DNA of 51,788 nt, filler included, from Dirinaria sp. TL-2023a (taxonomy: Eukaryota): NCBI GenBank assembly GCA_051941275.1. It is 3 parts of 3 records of this genome, joined end to end, with 100 filler letters (N's around TTAATTAATTAA, not from the genome) between each part and the next. Parts side by side here need not be neighbours in the genome. Positions count along the whole stretch, not along the records: positions 1 to 17,203 come from JAVEBF010000444.1; positions 17,304 to 34,501 come from JAVEBF010000445.1; 1 more part is not named here. One strand, 5' to 3'. Position numbers and translations under genes: made by a program. The notes beneath the pieces are model-generated. The model did not search any database. It saw only the letters and a list, made by a program, of their open reading frames with translations, and was not told where the DNA came from. This document shows, piece by piece, positions 13,102-24,661 of the stretch (the stretch's first letter is position 1; the number at the start of each line of letters is the position of its first letter).

Positions 13102-13869
13102 ATGGTCAAGTTCTACAAGAACTCCTTCAGCTACGAGTACTCCTTTCCCGCGGTCAGCCTCGCCTACTTCCTTCGCTATCCTAACCCTTACGCAACCCAC
13201 GTCTTGTCGACCGACGTCATAGACCAACACTTTGACCCTATCTCCCAAAGACTCAGCACCACACGCCTGCATTTAAAGCGATCCAAGATCCCTCCTGCCG
13301 TTCTGAAAATCCTTCCGAAGGGCATCCTTGGCGGAAGTAGCGACGCTGGACAAAGCTATGTGTTGGAGAAAAGTGTCGTGGACGCAAAAGAGGGATGGAT
13401 GGAGACTGAAACAAGAAACCTGGAGTGGACGGGTATTCTCAGTGTAGTGGAAAAGCAGATATATCGGAGGTCACCCATCAGCGACCTCGATAAACGGCCT
13501 TCATTAAAGGAACTGGTGGATTTCCCTCGAAATGAAGGAACCGACGTTGCGACAACGACAACGTTACTTTCAAGATACGGTCAAGCCAAGTACTTCCGAA
13601 GGAGAGGCGATGCTGCGGGCCAAGGGTCAGACTCCTCGGACGACGAGGCGCCTACCAGGAAGGGTTTCTTTTCCACCTGGTCTACGACTTCACTTCAACG
13701 CAGCATTGAGGGCGTAGGACTGCGCCGTACCAGAGCCGCCTTAGCTAAGAGCAAGGACGGTATGAACGTCGTGTTGGATCGGTTAAGACAAGGTGGTTTA
13801 GGGGGTGTATTGGATGGCATGCGACGAGACCTCGAAATCGCTTCCAGCCAGGAGAAGCAGAAACAGTAG
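13102..13869 (+). CDS. UPS1: PRELI/MSF1-family mitochondrial lipid transfer protein (Ups1-like)
   Basis: AYFLRYPNPYATHVLSTDVI and ETRNLEWTGILSVVEKQ are PRELI motifs. Divergent from WRS1. Confidence 0.85.
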   Translation: MVKFYKNSFSYEYSFPAVSLAYFLRYPNPYATHVLSTDVIDQHFDPISQRLSTTRLHLKRSKIPPAVLKILPKGILGGSSDAGQSYVLEKSVVDAKEGWMETETRNLEWTGILSVVEKQIYRRSPISDLDKRPSLKELVDFPRNEGTDVATTTTLLSRYGQAKYFRRRGDAAGQGSDSSDDEAPTRKGFFSTWSTTSLQRSIEGVGLRRTRAALAKSKDGMNVVLDRLRQGGLGGVLDGMRRDLEIASSQEKQKQ

Positions 13870-15573
13870 TTGGGACTTGGACTGTTCGGTTTCAGACGCC
13901 TACCTTAGGCTCGCCATTCTGTTGTACTATTACATGTTTTACTCTCCGGTTCAAATGATGCATGGTGGGACAAGCGAGGTGTTGGGGCTTGGAGACCACT
14001 AACTTTCGTTTCCTACCAGTTTATAAATGCTATAAATGCTCTTCTATCAATTAGGCCGCCGAGCAGGTTTCATGCGACATGATTTCTTCTAAATCGTACG
14101 TTCACTATGGCATGCTCCTGCTATGAGTTTATCCCGAGAGTCTCATGCAATCCGTGCTGGCTAAGCTATATTTTGGCTGCAGAGGTCAGGTGAGGCAGGC
14201 TCTCACAAGACCACGTCAGCTGTGCCGGGGTGACAGAATTCGGTCAATGTGGTTTGCTCTGTCGGGACTGTTTCAGTATTTTCAGTATGAATGCGAAGTC
14301 CTCAACAGGTAATGTAAAGCATTCGAATCTCGTTCTCACAATGCAGATGACAGCTGTGGCTATTGATTTCGCAGTCATTTCCCCGCACTCGACGACAGTA
14401 GTCGTGTGAGCAGTCCAACAAGTCAATAGTTCCAACAGAGCTCCCCTCGCTCCCGTACCTTACCCTCCTGCCTCGGCTACTCGGGGCTTCCGATCAGGGT
14501 TAGACGTATCCGTTCCCCCGTTAAGTTCCCGTCAAACTCATGATGGAAAAGCGCAGATCGCTATGGATCTGAGGTGGCCTCGGTAGCGTGCCTTCATTAC
14601 ACTAGTGAAACCTGACGATACGCGGAGATTGTCAGCACAGTGCGTTCTCAGTGGAACGGGTCGAAAGCTTGGCCGCCAACTTGCAGCTTGCATCTGCACC
14701 TTCCTTCCACTTTCCCCCCATCTCCTCTCTTCACGTCCTCTCCTTTTCTCGTCGGGGTCCGGAAGACTGTGCTTACATGACGCATGCATCTCTGCCTCAG
14801 CGGCTGCCCAGAGCAACAATGCTTCTTACCGCTAACGCGACCAGGGTCCCTTAGTCCAGAGTGTCCAGGACTCCAGGTCCACCAACGGGCGGGGATAGCG
14901 GTGGATACTGACCCAAGGAATAGGAAGACTTTCCCATTCTTATTAATAGACCCTCACATTCTCTTCGTCCAGCAGGTCGTGCATGGATGGATGTACTGTA
15001 CAATTGGGAATGGAATACTCCGTCCCGGCAGTAAGGCATCGTACGTGTGAGGTGGTCACTCGGCACTGGCGGTAGGTAAGCTTCCAGTGGGTCAATCCCT
15101 TCTTTCCTGGGCCAGAGCGCTGTCATGAGGTCGGACCAGCGGCACTTGTTATAGTTTCATATTATTATTAAGATACTATTAAGGTGGTACATCCTCTTAA
15201 GCTCGCGAGTTTCTGCTGATCTGCTCGCGTTTGATCTCCGTATCATTTTGACGGCTTCAGGCTTCTCCTTCCTCCCCTGCATGCCAAACAGCCAAAGCTC
15301 CGTTCCATGTGCCTTAAGTTAGCGCGTTAGGGCTGCTCCTTCCCTTTTTAAAAATCCCACAGCACTCGTACCTTAACTTAAACCATATTCTCCAACCCGG
15401 CGCCAGCCTCTCTTCGACCACCAAAGTTTTCTTCTGTCTCTTTATATGTTCAATTGACTGCTGTCTGCAAGTCCTGTCTGTCCTTCCTCGTGTTTACCCG
15501 ACGCTGTATTACGTTCTTTCATCGATTATATTACGTACTTTTCCAGAAATAGACGCCCCGGTCATTGACCGCA

Positions 15574-16527
15574 ATGGCGACCTCGTCACGTTCGTTAATC
15601 ATGGCCCTGGCGGTTCTGTTGTTTGCCTTGGTCCTGCCCAGCGAAGCCCGTCATGTCCGTCGTCCAGCGAGGACTACTACGGCTGATCTCTCCAAGTATA
15701 CGCCTTCACTCTCCAACGGTAAGTTCCATTAAACATTGTGTTTCGTCTCCGGCGAGGCTGTTCTGCTGGCGCTCTGTTAAGCTGGAAACGTGCGATTTTT
15801 AGAAAATAGAAACTGATGTTAGAACCTGTACTTGTAGGTTCTGATTCCTTGCCAGCTCCCTCTGGGACCTTAAAAGCAATCACCGTTGGCCGTGGAACCC
15901 AGAACTACACCTGCGAGCCCGGATCTACCGGTGCTCCAGTGCCAATCGGCGCCAAGGCTGAGCTTCTCGTATGTGACTCTTATTTGCTGCAGTCCACGAC
16001 TTCACCTTTACAATTTGCGGTCTATCCCGAGCTCGCTGCCTGTAACGCACTTACCCGTCTTTGAATCGGGATGTCGAAGTGTTTGGTGTATGGGCAAGGC
16101 TAATTCTCGAAAACCTTCCTAGGATGCGTCTTCTCTCCTCCCTCTCTTCCCTGCCAACCAATCTCAAGAAATCCTGGATGAACTACCCAGCTACATAGTC
16201 AACTACGACTTTGCCGCCATCAGCAATTCTTCGATACCCTGCATCGGCCAGCATTACTTCGCCAACACGGGGCCCGCTCCGGTCAATGGCACGCCCACTT
16301 TCGATCTTGGATCTATTGGATTCCTTAGCGGCAAAAAGACTGGCGATATAAAGGCGCCCAAAGGAGCTGGCGTGGACTGGCTCCAGCTCGTCGCGAAGGC
16401 ACCAAGTAGGACCTTGACGGAGGTGTACCGAGTCAACACAGCCAAAGGCCAGGCACCGAAGTCTTGCGCTGGTCAACCGGCGAACATCCAGGTTCAATAC
16501 GCCGCGCTGTATTGGTTCTATGCGTGA
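15574..16527 (+). CDS. Secreted DUF3455-family protein (function unknown)
   Basis: Exons 15574-15718, 15838-15968, 16123-16527. Signal peptide MATSSRSLIMALAVLLFALVLPSEA; family motifs GRGTQNYTC, IGQHYF, PTFDL, VDWLQL, VYRVNTAKGQAP, QYAALYWFY. Confidence 0.8.
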
Positions 16528-17027
16528 AAATTTGCCTGCTTTACACGACAACAATACTAACGATAGACAAGCGATCATATTTGGCGAGGATAATGTTGCA
16601 CATACATAAGAGGGATGGCGCTTCTGCTTGATTTGCCGGGGGCATATATTCATAGCATAGTAATCGCTGTCACTCGAGTTACGACTTGCAATGTCGATAT
16701 GTATGATAAAGAACTCTAGCTAGCTAGGTAGCTACTTTCCTCTTTGGCGCTTTTTTGCTCGGAATCAATTTGAAATTGATCAAAACCACACTCAACATGC
16801 TCGATGATCGTCTTTCAATGCAATTGCCCAACTGATGATGAACCACTGAACCGACAGTCTTTCCCCCTTCCCCTCTACCCCTCTTCTACAAGATAGCAAT
16901 TCAAGTCCTGCTTCGCACCTCCCCTTCTACATCCCATATCAGAAATGCATAAAACACTCCTGAAATGAAAACAAAGGCACTCCATACATGCAGTGCATGT
17001 CTCCCCCCCCTTCCCTATTCCTCACTC

Positions 17028-17203
17028 TCAATCCTCATCCGTCTCCTCGCCCGGGATCTGCTGCGTATTCCGCAGCTCCTGATCCAGCTGCTCTTTTAAT
17101 TTCCCCAGCATACTCTCCTTCACGAGCGCCGTCTGCTCGTCCAGGTCTTCCACTATGTATTCGTGGTTGTTGTTGCTGTCGATCTTGAGGATTATTGCTT
17201 TTA
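17028..17203 (-). CDS. TFB5: TFIIH subunit Tfb5/TTDA, 5'-truncated by the assembly gap
   Basis: Minus-strand reading (I)KAIILKIDSNNNHEYIVEDLDEQTALVKESMLGKLKEQLDQELRNTQQIPGEETDED*, with the Tfb5 pattern IKAII..ID..IVEDLD. Not in the ORF track. Confidence 0.85.
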
Positions 17204-17303
17204 NNNNNNNNNNNNNNNNNNNNNNNNNNNNNNNNNNNNNNNNNNNNTTAATTAATTAANNNNNNNNNNNNNNNNNNNNNNNNNNNNNNNNNNNNNNNNN
17301 NNN
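17204..17303. other. Artificial contig linker (44 N + TTAATTAATTAA + 44 N)
   Basis: Exactly 100 nt; the core at 17248-17259 places stops in all six frames; an identical linker occurs at 34502-34601. Confidence 0.97.
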
Positions 17304-17480
17304 GGGGGAGGGAGTGTGTATTTTTGGTAGAATCGCTGTATAGATAGATACAGTAAATATGTTAATGCTCTACATGAATTTGAACAAAAAAAAAAAAAAA
17401 ACGCCGCCCCGTGCCTTGCAAATGCTGCTCAGACTTGAAAGTTGTACACTCGTTTCGAAACAGGACCCCCATCTGCCTTT

Positions 17481-18415
17481 TCACCCCAGAACCGCAGCCA
17501 ATATGATGATGATCAACACAACCGCGAGGATGATCAGCAAACAGCACGCCTTGGCCCTCGCACTCTTCTGGTACCGGCTCGCGCTCCGCAGCTCCACGTC
17601 CGCGTGCCGCGTGTCCACGGCCACGTTCTGCACATTGCCACTGATCGTGTCCAGCTGCGCGCCCTGCTCGTGCACAATGTGCGCCACGTCCCGGAACAGC
17701 TCGTTCAGCTCGCCCACGCTGGTCTCGATGTTGCGGATCTCGGCCTCCCGCTCCACGATCAGCGATTCTTGGAAATCGACCTCGTCTTGCGACGCCAGAT
17801 GTAATTGCTCTTGCTCTTGCTCTTGCTCTTGCTGTGGTTGTTGTAGTAGCTGCTGTTGCTGCTGCTGTCCGTGTTCGGGCTCGTCGCTATACCGCGGTAG
17901 ATTCGAGGTGTCGCTCGCGTCTATGGCTGTTCGGGCGGCGTTGGCTGAGGCCCGTTGCTTTTCGAGCGCGGTGCGTTGGATGGATTGGAACTCTGTGCCG
18001 GAAGCTTGGAACTCCCGGGATAGTTTCTGCTGGGTGTATTTCTGTGAGGGCTGGACATATATACAGCTTGCGTCAGCAATCTCCCATTGCTGAGTGACAA
18101 GTGTGGTCTGGGGGGAATATCTACGTTGACGTCTTCCCAAGCAGCTAGCTTCCGCATCTTCTCCCCGACATCTTTGAAGCCGTTTCTGGCCTCTTCTAAG
18201 AGATCGGACACCCGTTCCCGGACTCTTTCCGTGTCCCGCTTTGTGCCCAGCAGGTTGATCTGCTGGGAGAGCCGTGCTATCGAGGATGTGAGCCCAAAGA
18301 GCTGGACTGAGAGGTTCTCTGCAAATCTATCGAATTCTCGGTCATCGCGGGTTTCGGGGTCGTCTCGATATTGTGGTGGTTGGGCTTCGAGTGACGAGAG
18401 GTGGTTGAACGACAT
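17481..18415 (-). CDS. PEP12: Endosomal/vacuolar Qa-SNARE syntaxin (Pep12/syntaxin-7-like)
   Basis: Intron 18124-18051. Habc region LLGTKRDTERVRERV; SNARE motif IVEREAEIRNIETSVGELNELFRDVAHIVHEQGAQLDTISGNV; C-terminal TM CCLLIILAVVLIIIILAAVLG. Confidence 0.88.
17806..17868 (-). repeat. Coding microsatellite (poly-Q plus QE repeats) in the PEP12 linker
   Basis: (CTCTTG)n and (GCT/GTT)n tracts encode QQQQQQLLQQPQQEQEQEQEQ. Confidence 0.85.
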
Positions 18416-18750
18416 CTTAGGGTGTTATAGCGCTGAACGATAGCTTGGTCGTTTGAATGTACGGTCTTGATTTCAGCTACTGATGGATGACGCAAAGAAT
18501 GTGTCGATATTGCAGGGAATAGAAAACAAAGCTGAGGCCTTGAGCATTGAGTACAACTTGGAACATGATGCGCAGCATGCGACTCGGGACAATGCCGGGC
18601 CGGATCAAAGGCGCGCCAAGAGGGAACGAAATCGCGAGTTGATTGTTTGCACTTGATGTTGACGATTACTTTTTTCCTTGCTGAAACTCAGATTCGCTGC
18701 GAAAGTATGAGGTAAAGATCAGTGATGGAATTCTGAGATTACGCCCCAAC

Positions 18751-20902
18751 ATGGCTGCACCAGCAATCCGCCCCAGGCGCTACAGGGAATGCCTGACACC
18801 TGCACTCCACAGAAGATTCAATCGAGCTGTGGGCCTCGTGCTTGGTATCTGCTATGTGGAAGCGGTCCTTATGGGCGAGAAGTCCTCATGTAAGTCGGAA
18901 TCCAATATTCCATCTTGAAGGCCTTCAGTAGCTCACCCAGTCATTCAGGGTTCTGGGCATGGTTTCCTATTGGATTTGCCGGTTCTCGCACATTACTTCT
19001 CTTCATAGCCCCCCTTTCGATTTTCGTCTTGCGAGTCGCGCAGCTTCACATCGGCGCAAGATCGACCGTCTCACCGTTTCAGACGTTTGTCCAACAGGTA
19101 TTCAGCTTTAGCGCCGTTCAGACCTTCGGCTGGTACGCCTTCTCAGCATGGTGGTTCAGCGAAATATATATCTGGTCTGCGGCTGCCGATGCGAATCTAG
19201 GCTGGATTTCGGCTGGAAAGTACGGCATGATAAGACGATTGAAGGTGGAGGACGAGTGCTAAGATCGATACAGGTCATGGGAACGAAGACGGCTTAATGA
19301 GAGACCAATTTACCTACGGAGTATCTTCATGCTATTGACCATAGCGCAGACCGTTTGTCATCTTGGACTCGATTACGACAAGATCTCATTACCGTTAGAA
19401 AAGGCTCCTGCAGAGCCAGTTGCCCAAGATGACAAGTCTGCCACGGAAGCGAAGCCTCCCCGTAGGATTCAGCCATTGGACGATCTGAAGGCCAGGCTGC
19501 CGTCTACCTTGAGGATGATCGGCATCCAGAGCGCTTCGATTGCTTTCGTCGGACCCATTGTATACGCTCTATGCATTCGGAGGCGAGCATGGAATATATC
19601 GATGTTTCTTGCAAAGCTCGTCCAGGACGTTGCCCCTGTGACTGAGCTGTCCTACATACCGCCCTACCATATCTCGCTCATCTGGCGATCTATGATCTCT
19701 GGCTTTCTTCTCGTCTTCTTGTGGCAATCCTCGAATGCGATTTTCAGCGCCTTTTTCGCTCAGGAACCATTGAAAAACAGCCAGCCTGTGACCGCTGCCT
19801 CCACGGATCCCAATGCAAGTTTGCTAGGCGGGCTTAAGTCCAACAAGGAGGTCAACAAAGAAAGTTCACTCTCGTCTTCACCCAAGAATCAACTGCTAAC
19901 ATCTGTCAGAGTTTCGCTTACTGGGAGCTCCTCTACATTGCCCTCTACTTCCCCACCCGCCGCGCCTCCATTTTCACAGAAATTGCCCGACCCACTGGCT
20001 CCACCTGGTCACAAATCAAGACTGAATCTCTCCTCACCATCTCCAGCGTCAGCACCCGCATTAGCAATCATCTCAACCCACCGACCGCCACTCCTCCTGC
20101 CCAGCAACAGCAACAACAACCCCCTTCCGATTCCCTCCCCCGGCTCACGCCAGGCCTAAGGCAAGACCCAATCTTCGCTCCCCCGTCCACACCAAACACG
20201 CTTCTCAAAAAATTCTCTTCCGGTCTAAGCAGCACCCTCAAATCATACGGCGAATCGCCGCCCCCAACGCTGAAATCCAACCCCCTAACCCGCTTCAGCC
20301 CGCAAGCGAAACGGCTCACCGGCGCCGCAGGCCAGAAACTGCTCACATCCAGCCAACACGAGGCGCTGACGACAAAACCGCAAAGTCTCCGCGCCACATT
20401 CTCGAGCTACATGCACGCCTTCATCCGTTCCCCGCTCGGCCATCCCTTCCGACAACCCTTCTCCCGGCGCGTCAACGCCATCGCCTTCGGTACCAGCAGG
20501 GGGTACACGGACGTCTTCATCGTCGCCAACGCCATCGATGCCCTCACCCTCCTAACCCTGTGCAGCCTGAAGGAAGATCCGTACGGGAAAGTCGCGTACG
20601 ATGTCGAGGGGATCTTGCAGACTTTCTGCAACACATTCACTTCGCTTCAGGAGTTTGTGGACCGGTTGGAGGAGCATTGGACTGATGTCGATGATGTTGG
20701 TGGTGGTGGTGGAGGAGGAGGACGGGAAGGAGGAAAGGAGGTCAAAGATGTGGAAATTGTAAAGCAGAGACTGAGAGCTGGATTGGGTAGCTTGGTGGAT
20801 GCGTTTGGGCCCTACGCGGAGGACTTTGGGATTAGACGCGCGGTGTTGGAGAGGGCGAGGCAGTTGGTTGGAGAGGTGGAAAATGGGGGAGGAGGAGGAT
20901 AG
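18751..20902 (+). CDS. NDC1: Transmembrane nucleoporin Ndc1
   Basis: ATG 18751; introns 18890-18948, 19220-19273 and about 19860-19909 (non-canonical donor, see findings). Motifs LTPALHRRF, WFWAWFPIG, RLNERPIY, SFAYWEL..RRASIF..GSTWSQI and SLKEDPYGKV. Confidence 0.85.
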
Positions 20903-21597
20903 AGAGATCGTGTGCGAGCTGTGATCGGAATAATAATGGAGTTTTTCCTATACGGTTTAAGAAAACAGATCATTCACATGATGGGATTTTGCTCACGGAC
21001 CACGGGGGGGGGTTGGTGGTGGGTATATAATGAAATAAAGATTATCTACCCTGAGCGAAAAAAGGCGCAATGGCAAACATTCCTACTTTACCCGCAAAAG
21101 GAAAAATTCGAGGTTCTTCTAGAATGGAATGTGTGAGTGTGTAAGTGTGTGTAGTGTTGAATGAATAAGAGGGAATCAGATAGCTACCGACCCTATTGCA
21201 GAGCGTGCAACAGGTAGAAGGGGAAAGGAGTCGATTTTTTTTTTTTTGGTAATGAGATTTATTAGACGCATTTTTTTCTCCATTTTCGATGATCTAGATA
21301 AAGATTTGCCTATGGATGGATTGATTGATTGATTGGGTCGGTTGATGCCCACCGATAATGTCAAAGCCCTCCAGCAACTACATCTTTTTTTTTTTTTTTT
21401 GTTTTTCAGCTTTGAATTTTCTGCATGCGGTCGCAGAGGTTGCAGATTAGAAGGGGATATGGGAGGGAGAGGGAGAAGGGAGAGAGGGGGCCAAAGGTGG
21501 GTTTCTGATGACGACGATTTGCATGTAGTAGAAGTTCGTAACAGAACTGGCCATTCTAGGGTTTTTTTTTGAAGCATGCCATTCAGTCTCTTGGAGC

Positions 21598-23502
21598 TCA
21601 CATGCCAGGCGGAGGCGGAACCTATCGCGTATTAGCAATGACGAGGTTCTTCGTCTATGTATGTTTAACCCTGATAACAAGGGGACTCGCCGAATTGTAC
21701 CCTCCATTGGCAGGCGGGCTTCCGCTTGGTGGGGGCGGAGGAGGCGGTTCCTCGCTCGGAGGCCCCGGCGGAGCAGCTCCGGGGGCACCTTGCTGCTGTT
21801 GAGCCTGCTGATAGTACTGGGCGTAGTACGCCATGTAATTCTGGTAGCCTCCGTATGCGGCATAGGGGTCCTGACCACCGTAGTATTGCGCATACTGTGC
21901 ACTATAGTCTGTGGGGCTGGACGCACCAGAGACGCCGGGCGGCGCAGGTGGTGCGGAGGGCGTGGCTGGCGATTGTTGCCCGTAGGAGCCATATGGGTTG
22001 TAGGAAGCGCGTTGGTCGCCGTAGTTGTTGTTGTATGTGCGTTGAGGAGGGTTGTCCTTGAAACGTTGGTACTCCTCGCGAACTCTGCCGAGGAGATCTA
22101 CGCAAAGTTCTTTGGCGTTTTGGACTTCTTTTGGATCAGGGCCACTATGCGTGGTCAATGTGCCTATTAGGGGAATCAGGGGGGAAAAAGAGTGGCTTAC
22201 GCAACGTGCAAATACATTGGTTCATCGCTCTCCCGGTTCGTGCCATGTTCCATGAAGCCAGAGTTGCGGCCCTTGATCTGTACACGGCAGCGGGTTTCTT
22301 GTTGGATATGCTTGACGTAAGCTCCGCCCCCACCAACGACTTGAGCTCGGAGGTTGAAGCCGGGGATGGGCTCCAGATCAATGGGGATACGCTCTTCTGG
22401 CCATTTGCGCCGACCGAACTCGTCACGTTCGACTTGCTCTGGTTCACGTCGCCTAAAACGACGCTCGTCGACCAAGTTTGGTAGTTCCTGCTTCATGAGC
22501 TCCTCGATCTTTTCCACGGCTTTTTCAAGACCGGCTTTGGTGACACTCGTGATATGGAGATATAATGGAGGGTTCTGGGTTGTATGAGAAATCCTTCTAC
22601 GCGCACACAAGAATGCAGACTTACCGCTGCGGTAGCCATGCTCTTATCAGGGTAGTAATTCCCTCGGGTAGTGACATCTTTATACTATGAGCATTTCGTA
22701 ACAATCAGCCTTGTTAGGTAGGTATTGCGTACCGGCGCCAGTCTCTTCTTTTATCTAGATGTCACACAGCGGAGGTCAGCAGATGCAAAATGGGGTATGA
22801 ACAGTGCTAAGCGGCCGAATGTAAGCTTCAGATATTCTCCCACAAGTAGAACATAAAAGGGGAGAACTCTAAGTCTCCACTGGTACGGGTAAGAGGCCTG
22901 GAAAAATCAGTGGATATAACAAGTGTATTTACCATCTTCTGAGTCGCGCCTTTGGTCAGTGTGTATCTATTACGGAGATCATTGACCTCAATGTCCTTGA
23001 TGTAGTCGCCATCTGCGATGTACATATCGCCATTGATGTTGCTAGTACTAGACCCTGATGGGCCTGATGGAGAAGCGGCTTTCGGGACAGGGCTGGCTGC
23101 AGTCTAGTGTCATATTAGCTACATGCTATGAGAAAACAGCGCAGAACTTTCGCTTACAGGTCGAATTGGAGGCACGTCGACATGCTGGATGCCTTTCTTT
23201 GCCTGTATCGACGCATTGATACGAGCTGCGGCAGCCGCTGCTGAGACATCAGTGGTAGTCCCCCAAATGCGTTTTCGGAGGAACCAACCTGCTGCTGCAG
23301 CTGGATCGGCTGGGCTCTTAGCCCCTTCTGTAGCTGGACTCGATATTTTCACTGATCTCGAAGGGCTTCTACTTCGTCTTGTCTCCGAATGTCTGCTGAC
23401 AGGAGATCGGGAGCGTCGATCAAAACGGGAAGAGCGCTTGATTTCGGGCTCAGTTTGATCAAAACGCGACCGTTTCGTGTTTCTTCTCTCTTCATCGGCC
23501 AT
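21598..23502 (-). CDS. KH-domain RNA-binding protein (KHDC4/BLOM7-like)
   Basis: Eight exons: 23502-23289, 23240-23158, 23103-22933, 22754-22733, 22677-22625, 22574-22201, 22144-21691, 21621-21598. Motifs KDIEVNDLRNRYTLTKG, IKEETGADVTTRG, PPLYLHIT, GFNLRAQVVG..HIQQETRCRVQIKGR and EPMYLHV. Confidence 0.85.
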
Positions 23503-24661
23503 CCTTCAGATAAAGGGAATTCAATGATTTCTGAGCAGCTGAGGCGACAAGATGTGCAGTGCGATAGAATATGCAACGTTGTTTGGACCGGTGTTCAAAG
23601 TGACAACAATCATGCAGGAGGATGGTTGAGGAGTGGAAAAGCTGTGAAGACCGACAAACTCCGCCGGCAGAAGTTCGGATTTGACTTGCCTCGCTTATCC
23701 TTAGCGTCATTCAAGATACATTCGTGTTGGCACTTTCAACATCTGCCTTCAGCCGCTGATGATTCATTTCAGTCTCTCAGTCTGATCAACAAGTATCAAA
23801 CCGATGTTCTGCTAACCCTACATTATTAGGTAATAATATCTATTACTAATTACTGTACATAGTCACTATCGTCTTAATCGCTGCATCATTTCTGCTCTCC
23901 TCAATTTAGACATCCAATGCCCCCCAAAAAGCTCAATAATTTCGTTTTCATTGCTCCCGCGAGAGTCAAGGTAGATTTGAGCTTCGCAGTTTTTCTAGCT
24001 ATTCTGGTTTCTGAATCATCTGAGTGTCGACAGCAATGTTCCCTTCTTTTTTTTCGACTATGAAATCTTCGAATAAATCAAGTGTAATGATGCTTCCGAG
24101 CACGGCTACGGGTTCTGATCTCCTCAACTTCCATCCTCGTAATGCCTCCTAGGGCCATTTAAATGAGAATAGATACCACAAGACAACTACATTCTAATGA
24201 AAAGAAACATCATGGGTCAAGTTGACGATTCTGCCGAAGACCGAAGAGCGAAGCCAAGAATGCAATAACAAACGTCAAACTGGGTGCTAGCGTAATCCTG
24301 CTCGCGAATACGATGACCACAGGCATAGCACCCCAGTAATGGTGTCATCACATGGTCAATAAATATTGCTGACATTCTATGCGCCGAGATTACGCTATGC
24401 TTACCAAGCTGGTCAGTTCACGCGCCAGAACAAAGAGGACCCATACCAACAATAACGGTGGCTCAACGGAAAACAGGGCTACGGGGCTACTTTCGCCACG
24501 AACCAACTCGGCTGGGTTGGGACAAGCCAGGGCCAAGTGGAATGGGTATCAACAAACCAGATGTTCTAAGGAATGAGCACTGACAAGTCAGATGCCGAGA
24601 CATGAGCGTTCACATGCTTCAAGGCCCGAACTACCCTCCTTTCTTGATTCGAGCGCAATTG

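Noticed and set aside
17248..17259. Perfect TTAATTAATTAA palindrome repeated at 34546-34557
   Set aside because: It sits between exactly 44 Ns on each side in both places, so it is an artificial six-frame-stop linker, not biology.
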